Assembly: GCF_031769215.1 (NCBI RefSeq)
Contig: NW_026782078.1
Location: 496,001-560,000, forward strand
Length of the DNA: 64,000 bases
Reading direction: 5' to 3'
Source: Ylistrum balloti
Taxonomy: Eukaryota
A program made the position numbers and the translations under genes. A model generated the notes under the pieces. It saw only the letters and a program-made list of their open reading frames with translations. It searched no databases and had not been told where the DNA came from. Numbering within the stretch: the stretch's first letter is position 1; each line of letters opens with the position of its first letter. Of this stretch, positions 25,449-38,931 are shown piece by piece.

Positions 25449-28400
25449 ATGTTACGGTATGAACTGCGTCATGTTGTGTCCCTGGTACCGATAAATCTTG
25501 ATATAACTTGACACACTCTCTGTCACTGCTGTTATATAACTGTGAAGAGTGGACCAACTAAAACTTAATCAGGTAAAAATAGGACAATACGTCACAAACT
25601 TTTGTAGATAATAGCAAGATTGGCATGACGGGTAATGTGTTACATATTTTAATGATTTTTTTTAAAACGAAAAGCATAGTCAGCTTCGTCCTTAAATATC
25701 TACCAAAAGAAAAACTAAGTGAATGATTGACTTAGAGTTTTGATTATGTTTATGTTGACATGTTGGTTTTTGTTTGTTGTTTAACCGTTTTTATGTTTTA
25801 TTAGATATCGTATATAGTATATATTTTTCTCCTTTATGAAATATAGATTAAACAAGATATTTTAGATCAAAGTATGTCATATTCTCTCATTACTACCTGT
25901 GTAATACTGATTGTCTGTCCAGGTAAATACACCAAGGTTGATGTTCTTGTATTAAACAATGACGTATCATATTCAATATAATGTATGCTTATATGTAATA
26001 TATCTTATCCAAATACAGGATCAAAATTACTTCATGATAAATAACTTGACATGCCACAATACTCTTGTGATTGTCTTCAAATGTATGCATGTGGATAATA
26101 TTAAGTTCGTTAACAAATCTCCCATAGGACTGAAGTCGTGTGGAAATGTAGGACAATAACTTGTTGATAGAGTTGTTTCAAAATAACGTCTTCAAAACTC
26201 CAGCTGATGTATATATTTCATGTTATGGAAAATCTTTAGGATAAGTTAGAAATGACAGATAAACTTCTGTATCAGAAGCTGTCTCTGCGCTGATTTCTGC
26301 TCGTTTCGGCGGCGTCCTCTAATTTATGATGTAATTTTACAGATGAACAATACACTGACTGGTTCCGAAAGATCACCCCTCTCTGTCAGGTACTTGTTAT
26401 AGATGATGACGGATTCATACTCACAGAGAGGTGAGTATAGCGTAAAGAACAATGATACGCCTTCATGCAGATGTCATGCACAGCGTGCACAAAATACTCG
26501 CTAGTATCAGTACACAGAGGTGATTACAGTCAATAGCGATGATATTTGAAGCATGTCGCGAAGATATTAGTTATTTTATAGGTTATCACGATATTGTAAT
26601 ATTGATTTTGTTGCATTTCAATATTGTTAGGTTAGGTTTTTTGGTAGGTTATCACAATTTGTGAGGTATTTTTGTAGTTTATCAACATATCACGATGTTG
26701 TGGTACAGACAGTATTGTATTAAGACGATGAAATGTATTTATTCTAATAAGTTACACTATCACTTTTTCTCTCCTGCTACTGCATGCTTTTAATATTGAA
26801 CAAACAAACAAAATTTTCTCTCATTACCGCAGAATTATATAATTGGCCATTGAACATTTGTTTCATTATAGTGTTGCTATCCTGAAATACCTAGCCATTA
26901 AATACAATGTGCCTGACCACTGGTATCCACGCAGTGATCTCAAAGCGCAGGCCAGAGTTGACGAATCCATGAACTGGCATCACTTGAATACTAGATACAG
27001 TTGTACATTATATTTGGAACTCGTAAGTATCTATTTAAGAGCCCTTACAGTGGAACATTAGTAAAACCAGTTGATAAAAACTGTTGCAGTTGTGGCGAGG
27101 TGTTTTATCTATAAAAGGAAGGGAGGTTTGTATCATTTAAAAAAAAAATTATAATCCTTACGGTTAACCTTTAACTTACATAACTGTGTCACCATAACTA
27201 CTACTTCAGATTTTTAGGAATTAACAAGTTGTGATAAGCAGTAAGATCTGGACAGGGATGTATGTGTAATAAATTCATTACGTAATGATATCAATGATGT
27301 CTCTACTGACCTTTAGCGAGGTCGATTTGATCTTTCTCATATGAATTCCAATACACTAACGCAATTATCACCCTTGGGGATCAAACGATGTTTCATGTGA
27401 CATATCGGATAAAAATGTTATATTTGTAACTGATACCTGCTGAACAAAAATGCTCACCATTTACCATCGGTGCCAATATACGTTTTCGCTCACCTGACTC
27501 GATGGAAAAAGCCATCTTATAACATATCGCAGCGTCCGTCGTCCGTCCGTCAACTTTTCCTACAACTCTGTACTATGTGCTATCATGAAAGGCTGAGCGA
27601 ATTTTGACCAAATTCAAGCATCCTTGAGGAAAATGAACACATTTTGCATTTTTGAGTGAATGAGACTTCATTGTTGTATAAATGGGGAGTCTTGGTCCCC
27701 TGAGGCGGGAGATGCGGTGTCTGGTAGGAAAAATAGAACCTTTTTTTTTTATTAGGAATCATACTCCACGGGTAAGAAAGATTGGATTTTTTTTAAAAAT
27801 TTGGTTGGACTCGTCCTTTGCAAAGTGGCAGGAGGGTTGCGTCACAATAGAGTTAATAGATATAAATCTTCTAATGTTTTTATTGAGTTAAGATGAAACA
27901 ATTTCAGCGAACTAAATCAGGTGAGAGATACATGCCCTAAGGGTCTCTTATCTTTCTCTGGTCGTCTATCAAGGAAAACAGACCCAAATAGCAGCATGAC
28001 GATCAGAACATCTATTGAGGTTACACAATTAGCTAAAGCTTGCGGATTTTGTAACTACATAATATAAATAAAAAAAAAAAACATTATTGACTGTTTACGA
28101 ACTTTGGTTGTAGCGCAATAATATTATCTGAAGTAAAATGCCACTTCCAGATTTGTTTTAGACATATTTTGATTAATTTCAACTGATAACAAAAAAATTA
28201 AAAACCATAGTATTTTCAAGTCCATGATACGATAGAAATATTTATGAAAGTTAGATGATAACAAGAATGTTGTAGAACTATTTTATTCCGCATTTGAATT
28301 TCTGTGAGTGCGTGAGGCGCCAATCTGGTCAAAGTTCATTCTGTCAGTCAATCGGAACATGCGAAATTGTTAAGCCACGTGTGGTATAACATAGATGTTT

Positions 28401-28827
28401 ATACAAGAGTTAGAATGAGAGTTGAATAACACCAACCTATTGTGGTAGAAACTATCATAATAAACGAATTACTTTGTATTAAATTTTACAGATGAGTTTG
28501 CCGATACTCAACAAAGCTCCAATACAGTGGCACCTTGTTGAGGAAGAAAGAAACCAGGTGCGGAAAGCTGTTTCTAGTCTGGCCTCTTACTTTCTTAAGG
28601 ACAATAAGCCATTCTTGTGCGGGAACGAGATTTCAGTTGCCGATCTACTTTGTGTTACTGAGATGATGCAGCTGGTCACGTGTTGGGAGGAAGATCTTTA
28701 CGAATCGAATCCCGTGATCAAAGATTGGGTACAGAGGGTTAGAGAGAGAACTGATCCTGTGTTCCAGGAATCACATCATATAGCATACAGAGTTAGAAAT
28801 AAATTTTCAAAACAGAACAAATTGTAG
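25449..28827 (+). pseudogene. GSTT1: GST theta copy C: exon 1 lost. Exons 2-4 intact at 26343-26430, 26872-27022, 28492-28827
   Basis: Homology to GST-B stops after ATG TTA C (25449-25455), so the catalytic-Ser exon is absent. Exon 2 has cis-Pro CCT>CTT (QVP>QVL) and exon 3 has an in-frame 3-nt deletion. Exons 2-4 keep open frames and splice sites. Could instead be a variant coding gene (see findings). Confidence 0.75.
27483..27860 (+). mobile_element. Non-autonomous MITE/HINE-like element in GST-C intron 3 (paralog of 16600-16976)
   Basis: ttttcgctcacctgactcgatggaaaaagcc...gcgtccgtcgtccgtccgtcaacttttcc is the reverse-complement homolog of the GST-B copy. Confidence 0.5.
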
Positions 28828-31800
28828 AAATATTTACTTATTATCGTAAAAATGTCAATGTTACATATACCTATGAAGATATAGGATATTTTAGTAAGAT
28901 ATTCCAATTTTTATTAATAAAACACAGTAGATTTTCAAGACAAACAGTGTTCCCTTGACCGACGTATCCAATACTGTGACCGCTCTCGCGTACCAATGAT
29001 AGAACCAATTTCTCTTCGTATAATTCTTGCATACCACCAGGTTGTGTACGTAATTTCATTTCTAATTTGATTGCTTAAGAATTATCTACCGTATTATTTA
29101 TTGATGTAACATTTACACGTTTTTCAGTGCAAGGCAATAAAACATACATCAATTACAAGAATTTCGTTAAATATATAATCAGATGCGTAAAACCGAAGCT
29201 TGGAAAGAGAAAAGTTAAAAAAAAACTAAATTTGAGATTTTAAGTGGCACCTGAAGTAGAATTCCAGCTCTGCTAGAGTGATGTTAAACCATCACCGACA
29301 GACTATGTTATAATTTTGCTCTAAATGTCGGTACTCCAGGGGGTTACCTTACTATCGCCCACCCCTGAACCAGTCCATGGCAGAATCGAATGTTCTATGT
29401 GCATCACCTTACGGATGAGACAAAAAGACATGTACGTCAAACGAATCCCGAGGCCACATAACGATATTTTGTACTGGCTTTGAGGTTGGGAATCGCTCAT
29501 TTGAATTTTTCAAAGAAAAGTATCAATTTGTAATTGGTCAGTTTTTCCCTTCTGAAATCTGCTGTAGACCAGCAAAGAGGGGGCATAGAGCGATAATTAT
29601 CGTCACCCCTGCAGTATCGAAGACACATGTCGACAGAATGCTTTAATATTTTCCTGCTGTCATCCATTCCATGACATGAAGAAGTGTATACCATAGAACC
29701 GGATCAGCACTGTACATCGGACATACAAGTAGTTTAATTCCATGTCATGATAATTCATTTGTTGGCTTTCATCAACAAGACTGTTTTAATTCTCTATGGT
29801 ATTACAGGTATATAGCAACCAAATCTGGATATCAAGGACGTGTCAGCCGCTATCAGGCGCTAATATCCATCTTTTTACCAACGATAGCTTCGAACTAACC
29901 TGTCCACTAAGTGGGATGATGTCAATTTCCTTCGTGTGAGTTTTCCTATTTCTAGATAGCGACATTCCTGCTTTCCCAAATAATGTTGTAAACATGTCGC
30001 AACATGTACAATTTTCATGATCGTCACCAGGACCTCATTGGGAAATATTCCATTTCTTTGCAGTGATGCAATTAGATGTCTCAAATGCAAAAAAAAAAAT
30101 CTTTGTTAATGTTCTCACTTGAAATCAAAATTTGTACGATGGAGTCATGGATGATAATTTGCATAATCGAGGAAATCGCTCATCATCTTGTATCAAGTTC
30201 CTTTATATCAGGAAGTGGGTAAGATTAAATCAAGGTAATTCCAATTTTTCTACTTTTAAAACAAAATGCAGATTATTAACAACTACTGTAAATATATTAT
30301 GCATTAATACAGCGTTTAAAGGGATTGATTTTGATCAATTTACGATTGGCTGTCAGAAGTATTGAACACAAAATTACCACTCCTGGTAAAATCTTGACTA
30401 AGAGTAATTGCAGCAAGAATCACGGATTGCACAGTCGATACTGTCGTTATTTATCAGGTATAAACCCGGATTGACGACCCTGTCCGTTTGACCATCCATC
30501 ATTCCAACAAGCTTCAGATCTAAATGTAACTGTCTTTACCCAAGGCGATGTGGATCCATAAAGGTGATTTGTAGATTTCAAGAAATTCCATCAATACGTC
30601 TTGAAATTCGTCAAGGTAAACCAAACTTAGAAATATTTCAGCTCAGCGAGTCACGTGTCAAATATCTCCATATATTATTCTCTAATATTGGTGCTATTGA
30701 ATATGACGGTGGAACAAAGAGTTGACACACAATAAAGGACGAAAACGATAAAATATAAATCATAGACTTAAACTTCCGGATTGTAATTAGAAACAGCGTT
30801 GACGTGTTATTATTAGTATTTATTGCTGACCAACAGATCCAGGTTGTTTGATACAGTGATGTCTCGAAGACAAAAGGGTTTCTTCGGTCACAAAAATTGA
30901 AGGACACTTGTATCAAACTTTATCTATTCAAAGTGTGCGTTTTTGTCAATAGAAGCGTGCGATATGGAGCAATGAAAGTACTGTTAACGACGTCTATAAA
31001 TGAGTTATAAATAAAGACAATAATATAATTCAACAATGTTTAATTGAAATGGAATTTGAAAATAATCAAGAATACAGCGACCAGATTATGTGTATGATCT
31101 GCAATTATAATTTAACATATATGCAATCTTTATAGAAGTTAACAATTGTTTCTGTGCGGGTTAGGGGAATTTTACTTATGTTCTTGTACAAATGAATTTA
31201 TTGCTGTTACACAAAAATGGGAAAAGGAAAGACTCAAATAGGAAATCCTAAATTTATTAGAAAGAGAGGTTCAATAAACCCATGCATCATAATGATTCTG
31301 TATATCGATGATTTCAAGGAATATACTACCAAAACAAACAAAAATTAACAAAACTATCTTTGACAGCCGAATGTTACTACTTGATAACATATATCTTCAA
31401 TAAGTGAAGCGAGGACCTAAGGATTGTAACAAAGCACAAAAAAGTGAAATATTAGAGCCACACCAAGTATGTCAGTAAAATATAAAACAAAAAGGAAGAA
31501 GTTCTGAAAACAAAATGTGAATTTTAACAAAAATAAATATTAAGGAATCTATATGCACGTACATGGTTAAACGGTTATCTCATACACATCTTCTAGTCAC
31601 TTTGTGAGCTGTTAAATGGATGAAAATAAAACCATTTTTCAGCTAATGCTGAAGAATTAAAGGCACTTTACAAACCAAACCCAGTATGGTCTGTAGATGA
31701 ATCCTCTAATGAAATAATATCATTAAATCATACACATGTAATTGCAGTGACAAATAAACATTAATTTTTATTTCATGGACGTATAACGTTAGGGTATATA

Positions 31801-34800
31801 TACGTCCCTGAATAATGCTGTTTGATTGATGGATCATCTTCCATTGACTAATAATAAGTGATATTTCGCGATCCCATGGCATTGAATCTCTCACAAAAAT
31901 GACATTTCTAATAAATACTTTATTAGGGATGGTTTAAACTGCGATCCCATTTACAAGAAGTTTTGTGTAACCACAAATACTGTTATTATTATATAAAGTC
32001 TCAATATGTCAAGATTCTCTGCATGTTTAATCATATAATTGTTAGTTAGTTTAATTCAACGTTAAACGTTCCACTCCTAGTGTAATACTGTATAAATATT
32101 ATGATTATACAAAAAAAGTACATATAACTATTCTGAATTATATTCAAGCTTTGTCTTGGTCAATTAAAACTGATATGTCTCTCAAAAAAACACATAAATC
32201 GTTCACCTCAAGTATTCAGATTCACACGAATTGTTTGAAATTTTTTGTACAGCTTGCAAATTTACAGTATGTTAAACATTGTACAGGTTTAAAAGACACT
32301 GTAAGATTTACCATTATGGTACTTGTTTTAATTAATTGATAGAGAGAAAAAAATAAGAAATAAAATTATACATCCTCATGCCAATCTGTGAACTATGAGT
32401 CTTTTTTTTAAACTAAAAATTGTGATAAAAAACAGATATAAAATTCGTTTTCATTTCATGTTATAGATTTTTACAAAAAGTCAATTACATAAAGATTTGT
32501 TTCATAACTGACATGAAATGGAAACTCATGTACAACCTTTTCAACCAATTTGTACAAAAGGCATTCACCAATGAATGACAAGAATGGCATCATTTAATTG
32601 AGATTCGAGTAAGACTCCAACGGCACATCATTATTAATAGTAAAGATTAGAGGTAAACAAATTTCCACAGTAGGAATGTACATTATCTTACAATTATGTT
32701 TACATAATATTTACTGACATGTCTACATAATCATTGACGAATGTAAAACTCTAACATGCAGACTAAGTATCTTTCATCATAACATTAAACTATAAAGGGA
32801 CTTTCATTTGTTCATAAATATGGGACAAAGTTGTAAAGAGATGCTTTAAAATTACAAAAAACTATGTCAATGGTGCATGTCTCTTCATCTTCTGTAAATA
32901 CCAATGAAACATTATTGGCACCACATTAACTCATTATGTTAAATTGCTGTCTTATCATAGACTGTACTTGGACGACAATGCCTTGGTTTTTCGGTGGGTT
33001 TGAAATATCATTTCTTTTGAAAATGGCATGAATAGAAAAATTCATTCAGAAGTATAAAGACTTAGAATTTGTTACACTTTAAAAAACTCAAAAGAAAGTT
33101 GATTGTATAAATAAACTTATTATATGTGCACTACATAAAATGTACAAACCTAACTGTATTTAGGCTCATTTGATTAATAGCAGCACATTTACTTTTTCGT
33201 GTTGGAAACAATACATTCTAGACAGGGATAGAGTAAAACGCAAAATAAAACATCCATGGTCATCAAACTCCAGTTGGTCAAAGTTTGCCTAGAGATGACC
33301 AATGGACAGTGAAAGCAATCAAATAGGAATTACTATAGAAATTGGGAACATTCATTCATCATTTCACAGGTGTATATTTGTTGAGACAGGTCAGACTGAT
33401 ATTAATTGACTAGCAATTTTGCTTTTAAAGTCTTGTCATTCCATTGGCACCAATGAAAACTTCTCACTAACCACTGGTAAACCCTATCCAGGCTTTGAGT
33501 CACTGGTACCAGCATACAGTATATTTGCCATTTCTGATCATTGTGAGAATTTTCTGACCACTTCAGTGTTTTAAATCCTCTGTCACTACATCAAGGATTG
33601 CTATGGAATTTTAAGTAAGGCCCTGACAAAAATAAAATGATGAATGAAAAGATAAATAAAAATTATTAGAAAAAGAGCAAAATAAGAAAGCAAAAAATAA
33701 TGAAAATCGAAGAAACTACCAAAAATCCCATAATAAAATAGGTTCTAATCATGAAATTATAAACAGCTGTTTTTACTACAACCTAATTTTAGGTATATAT
33801 AATAATTAACTTAATAATTAAGACATAATCTCAATTGTTCACAATGTGAAAGAAAGCCAGAATTCAGTCATCACACATGGTGTACTTGAAAAACAGTCTG
33901 TTCTATAAATATTCGATTTTTTCAATTCTGTTATTGCATACCAATAAATACTTGCATTCCATGCAATATATATCAATACTTGGTAATATCATCAACTAAT
34001 CACAATGAGTATCACAATATTTATACTGACCTTATCATCTCATTCAACACTTATGGTCATATTTTCCTATGATTTTTAATATTTGTGACAGGACAAAAAT
34101 TGCATCCAGCAACTCACCACTACAAGCAACTAACACATTTGTATTTGAAAACGTTTCTTAAAATATCCCTTTAAAACTATTATCCTGATAAAGAAAATAT
34201 TCATACAGTGTCCTTACCTCTTTAAACTATTAAATTTCCCTCCTGATAAAGAAAATGTTTAGTGTCTTTACTTAATTAAATAATATGTCTTAAGCAAACA
34301 AAGCTTTAACTTGTTTTACAATAAAAATCCTTTCTAGAACATTTATATCAAATTTAAATGTAATAACATTTCCTGGGCTCAAGGTGCTCACATTAATGAG
34401 AATCAGAATAATGTGAACATCTCAAATCCTTTTTATACACTCAAACTTCATATATTTGTATTAGAAATTATCATTTTTGTAATTGTAATGAGTTAATTAT
34501 GGTTAAGACCTTGGTTTGAATTATTCTGCGAAAAAAGCTTAACTACGAGTTAAATCCATTCATAATGAGATTACCAATTTTATTCTTTAACATGAATTCT
34601 TTAGAGGAGACAGCCAAAATAGATAATGTAAAATGATCACTCCAGAAATAGGTCAAGCAATAAATGGACTATTTCATTAAAATTCAAATCTGCAGAAAAA
34701 GTAGAAAAATACAGTAAATTTTGTCAAATGTTTGCATAGCTTTTATCTGAGAAAGATAAAAGTGCAACCTAAAATGAAATTAACATCATATGAGAATATG

Positions 34801-35166
34801 TAGGCAATCCCATCACAACTTTAGGGGAAATATAAATTCATTCACAAACACATTCTATAGTTGTTGAGTGAAAAACTAGATAGAATTAGTAAATTATTCA
34901 CATTTCTTTCACTTAAGCTAACATTAGGTGATTTCCATTGTTACTGAAATATCCAATAAAATATCATTACAAAGGTATCAGCAAAGTACTTCATAAAAAT
35001 AATGTTATCTGAGGGTTTAATGTGGGGTTTTGTAGTTTTATGGATTGGAGCCAAAGAAGGCTAAAACCAAATGTATAGGCTTTTCATGAGCTGTAAATCA
35101 CACAGTCATACTAACAAATGTTATGAGCTTGATTCCTTGTCTGTTGTTTTTGATTGTCGACCATCA

Positions 35167-38100
35167 CTAGCTCTGTTTGGACTTTTTCTTTGATTTTTGT
35201 GTTGAGCTGTATGCTTTCCATTTCATCACTGCACACCATAATATGAAAGCATTGACGATGTATGTAGAAACACAAACGACACAGAAGTCGTCCAGGATAA
35301 AGTAGAGAATGTAGGCGAGGTAGACTGAACCAAAGTTTGCCATCACACCTGTTACAACTTGTATATTCGTCAGCAAAGGCAGGACACTCGAGGCTGAAAT
35401 GGAAATTAATTGAGTAATAGGTTAAGATATTATATCATTTTGAGTTTGAGCTATGATTTTTTTTATATTTTTAAACCCTTGTGTCTCTGTGTCAGTAGAC
35501 ATTTCAGGTATATTTTCATTACTTTCATCTGACTGAAAGATGTAGGTAAAGGTGACCTAGATAAAAATACAGAGATGTGTATATCTTGAATGGTTTAACA
35601 GCAGACCAACATATTTCTTCCTTAAAGAATTGGTTAGTTGACATTTTGCCTGAGCAAATTCTTCTTTTCAAATGTGGAAAATTATGAATACTACATTAGA
35701 ATTTAAAGGATCAAAGGATAAAACTAGAAAAAAAAAACCTGTGTTCTTACGTTATGAGAAAAATTAATTAAACTTTATTCTACCTTTATTTCAAAATATA
35801 CATTTGTGCAAGCTATTTGCAAACATGTTGTAGATTTATTAAACTGACAAAAAGTAAGTGAAAAGATCAGAAAAAAATGATGCATTTCACTCTTGCAGTC
35901 AGAAATATTTTGTTGAAAATCTGAGAATGGGGAAACAATAAAAGACTGAAAGAAAGAATTGTAAAATAATACATGACTTCTGCAGTGTCAAATTTTCCCA
36001 TCTTTCAATAATGTACTAGAAAAAAAATTAAATTTATGTTTCCCAGAAACAAGACAGGAAGACAGGATTATATTAAACAAAGAGCAAACTTAAGATATCT
36101 ACCCTGAATGATTGATGGGTATGTGGGAAAGGGAGATAACCATAACTAAAATAATGAAGAACCAGTTTTCATCAGGGAAATCTGGAATTTAATAAAATGT
36201 AAAGCACCTTGTTTGAGGCAACATGAATCTGCTGCTATAAACTTGATCATACATATATCATTAGTAATTCACAAATTTATAAATAAGTAATTCATACATA
36301 TATTAATTAGTGATTCATACAAGTAGTATTGATTAGTGATTCATACATGTATTAATATTATTTCATATCAGTATTAAAAAAGTAAACTTGCTATTGTTGT
36401 TATCTATGTCTGAATTATTCTGTAGTTCTAGCGACTTTTTATATCAGAGTTTAGTTGATAAACCTCCTATTCTATAAAATGTTGATAGAATATCACAAAA
36501 ATTTGGACTAACTTACCTTTGCAGAACTATTTCAAAACTTACATTTTACTCAAATCATATCAAAGGATTTGCATTTGTCATTCATAAGCCAAATAGATTA
36601 TTCAGAAAGCATATAGAATGTGTGAACTCCAAGGCCTTAAAAGTTCGATTGGACATACCACAGACAATCTGTATGAGGTAGAACATCACACCAAAAACAC
36701 TGTTGGGTTGGTTCAGGGGACTCTCATGTCCTACAATATACTGGAGAAGTCCAAAGCCTCTCCCATACCTGAAAAAAATATGACATGTATATTATGAGCT
36801 CTGCATTTGTTAGGTATTTCTAAGAAAATAGATAACATAATTAAGTGAAATATAAATACGCAGGCATTTTATACAGATGCTGCTTGTTGATTGCAGATGA
36901 GTTGGCCACAGATACAGGGCTTATCTATGTATACATACGGAAGCCCAAATATTGTAGATCTAATATAAGCATCTATCTAACTGGTTGATTTGATAAAACT
37001 CTTTCTACAAAGAATTCAGCTTGTGTTTACTTTAACCATATTCATCTGTAATTCTTGATGGTGGGCAACCAAACAAACATTTTTTCATGTACTAGTGATT
37101 TGATTTTTTTGTAAGAAATAATAGATAAATTGGTGGAACAACATTGATGGATTGCTAATGGCACTAATGTGCTTCATGTACCAACAATAAGCTCAGCATT
37201 TCTTTAAGGATTTTTTCCTGTTGAGTCAAAAGCATTATTTCCAAACTCTTGATGAGTCAAGTTAAAAAAAGATAAAATGTGTTTTCAAAATTTGAATAAG
37301 TCCCACAGAAAAAGTATACCCAGAACTCAAATATAAGGGCCCCAAACATCACTGACAATTATAAAAGTACAAGACCCAGGTCACAAGTCACCTTCAAAAA
37401 GTATAGTTATAGTTATTTGATAGGAATATCAGAACAGTTAACTCATATTTCTATCTATCCCTCTTCTCCCAATCTCTATACCTCTATACTTTTATTTATT
37501 CTGCATTGTACTCATTTCTAAAATCTATTTCCTCATCTGCTAAAAGGCTTTTACAGTAGATGTAAAACCAGTATATGTAAAAAAATACTTAACAGGGGTC
37601 CGGAAAAGCACTCATCCGGTCGTCATGGACGAGTGAAAATTGTCTCGGACAACCAGATTTATCTCTGTCAGTCGTCCGTCGGACGAGTACTTTTTTCCAA
37701 TGATATTAATGTTACAACTTAAATTTCAATAAAATGTAAAGAAAATTTTAAACAAAGAAATGTGTTTACAGTACTTCCAGTCTGCATTCTAACTTTTGAT
37801 TACACCGGAACTCCCATGATGTCAAATATTCGCTCTCGGGCGGTACCAACATGTACTGGTCTGTATTTAAAAGCACCAAGTCAGTAGGATATAAACAAAC
37901 ACTACGCCTAGGCCTAAGTCGCACACAATGTCTGACCCAAAGCAGTCATCACTGCATAATTTTTCACTAAGTCTTAAAATAAAAATAGAAAAAAGTCACA
38001 TCTCCGTTGATTAAGTTGCCATTTCATAGCTGAATTTGGATGAGTAAATTTTTTCAGCTCACTAGTCCTGTGCCTAGTGGTTTAAGATATTTTTCCAGGC

Positions 38101-38931
38101 CCCTGCTTAAATCTTCTACTAGTTTAAGATTGCCTTTTCTATTCTAGATGTAAAACCAGTAAATATGTTAATGATAATATTGAATTATAGAGCTCAAGTA
38201 TGTAATTGTACAATTTATATTTATGTTCTACACTTCTAAATTTACACTCACTGATGTAGCTAAAGCCGTACTCAAGACAGCCGTAGTACTTCCAAAAGCA
38301 CTCTCCTATTATGTAATTATAAATACAGCACATGTACAGTTACTACAGCCATCATTTTAGTAGTTTCTTAATAGCCAGCACTATCATTTAACATTTTTTC
38401 GAGATAACTTTTTATGGTCTCATAAATTAATTCGACTTTTAATAATACGATGCAAAAGTTACTGTTTAAATTATTTTGGCTATTTCTGGTAACAAATCCA
38501 TACCCCAATGGGAGTATGTTTTTCCCGATCTGATAATACATGTATCCTGATGTGTAGGTATGGTATGTAATTTGCAGTGTCAATGACCGTATCTGTAGTA
38601 CGGTCATCTGTACTTATCAATCTGCGAATGACGTCAGACGACTGACTCAATGTCACCAACTGCATAGTATAATACTATAGCTTATCTTAGTGCATAACGT
38701 TACGTTTTACCTGTCCCGCGTTGTCCAGGTGAATCAGACGAGTCAAACTTACCTGGACGTGAACACTTTAGAACAGCTGACACTTTCGCTGAAATCACAC
38801 ATGGCCTTGAATGACTTGTCCTTTTCTGCAGATGTCTCCACATAATAAGCATATAAGGATAATACAATACCGACAAAACTCAACAAATACGTTGAAAAGA
38901 GTAAAATTCGGGATTTTCCACGAGCACTCAT
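35167..38931 (-). CDS. VKORC1: Vitamin K epoxide reductase (171 aa). Exons 38931-38753, 36768-36659, 35393-35167
   Basis: 179+110+227 nt, GT-AG, in frame. Loop cysteines in [35 protein letters not shown], redox CxxC in FCVVCVSTYIVN, and a C-terminal KxKxx ER-retrieval motif (KSKQS). Confidence 0.96.
37593..38105. mobile_element. 513-bp MITE with 15-bp TIRs and 5-bp target-site duplication in VKORC1 intron 1
   Basis: Left end caggggtccggaaaa; right end ttttccaggcccctg (13/15 inverted match); CTTAA on both flanks; subterminal ggacgagt/ggatgagt repeats. Confidence 0.85.

Larger units (their letters stand above)
25359..31460 (+). repeat. Right arm of inverted segmental duplication carrying GST-C
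   Basis: Reverse-complement counterpart of 13900-20700. Confidence 0.92.

Noticed and set aside
29497-30090. Minus ORFs with a vaguely CARD-like stretch (LQRNGIFPNE)
   Set aside because: Similarity too weak by eye, and part of the region mirrors non-coding sequence at 15500-15700.
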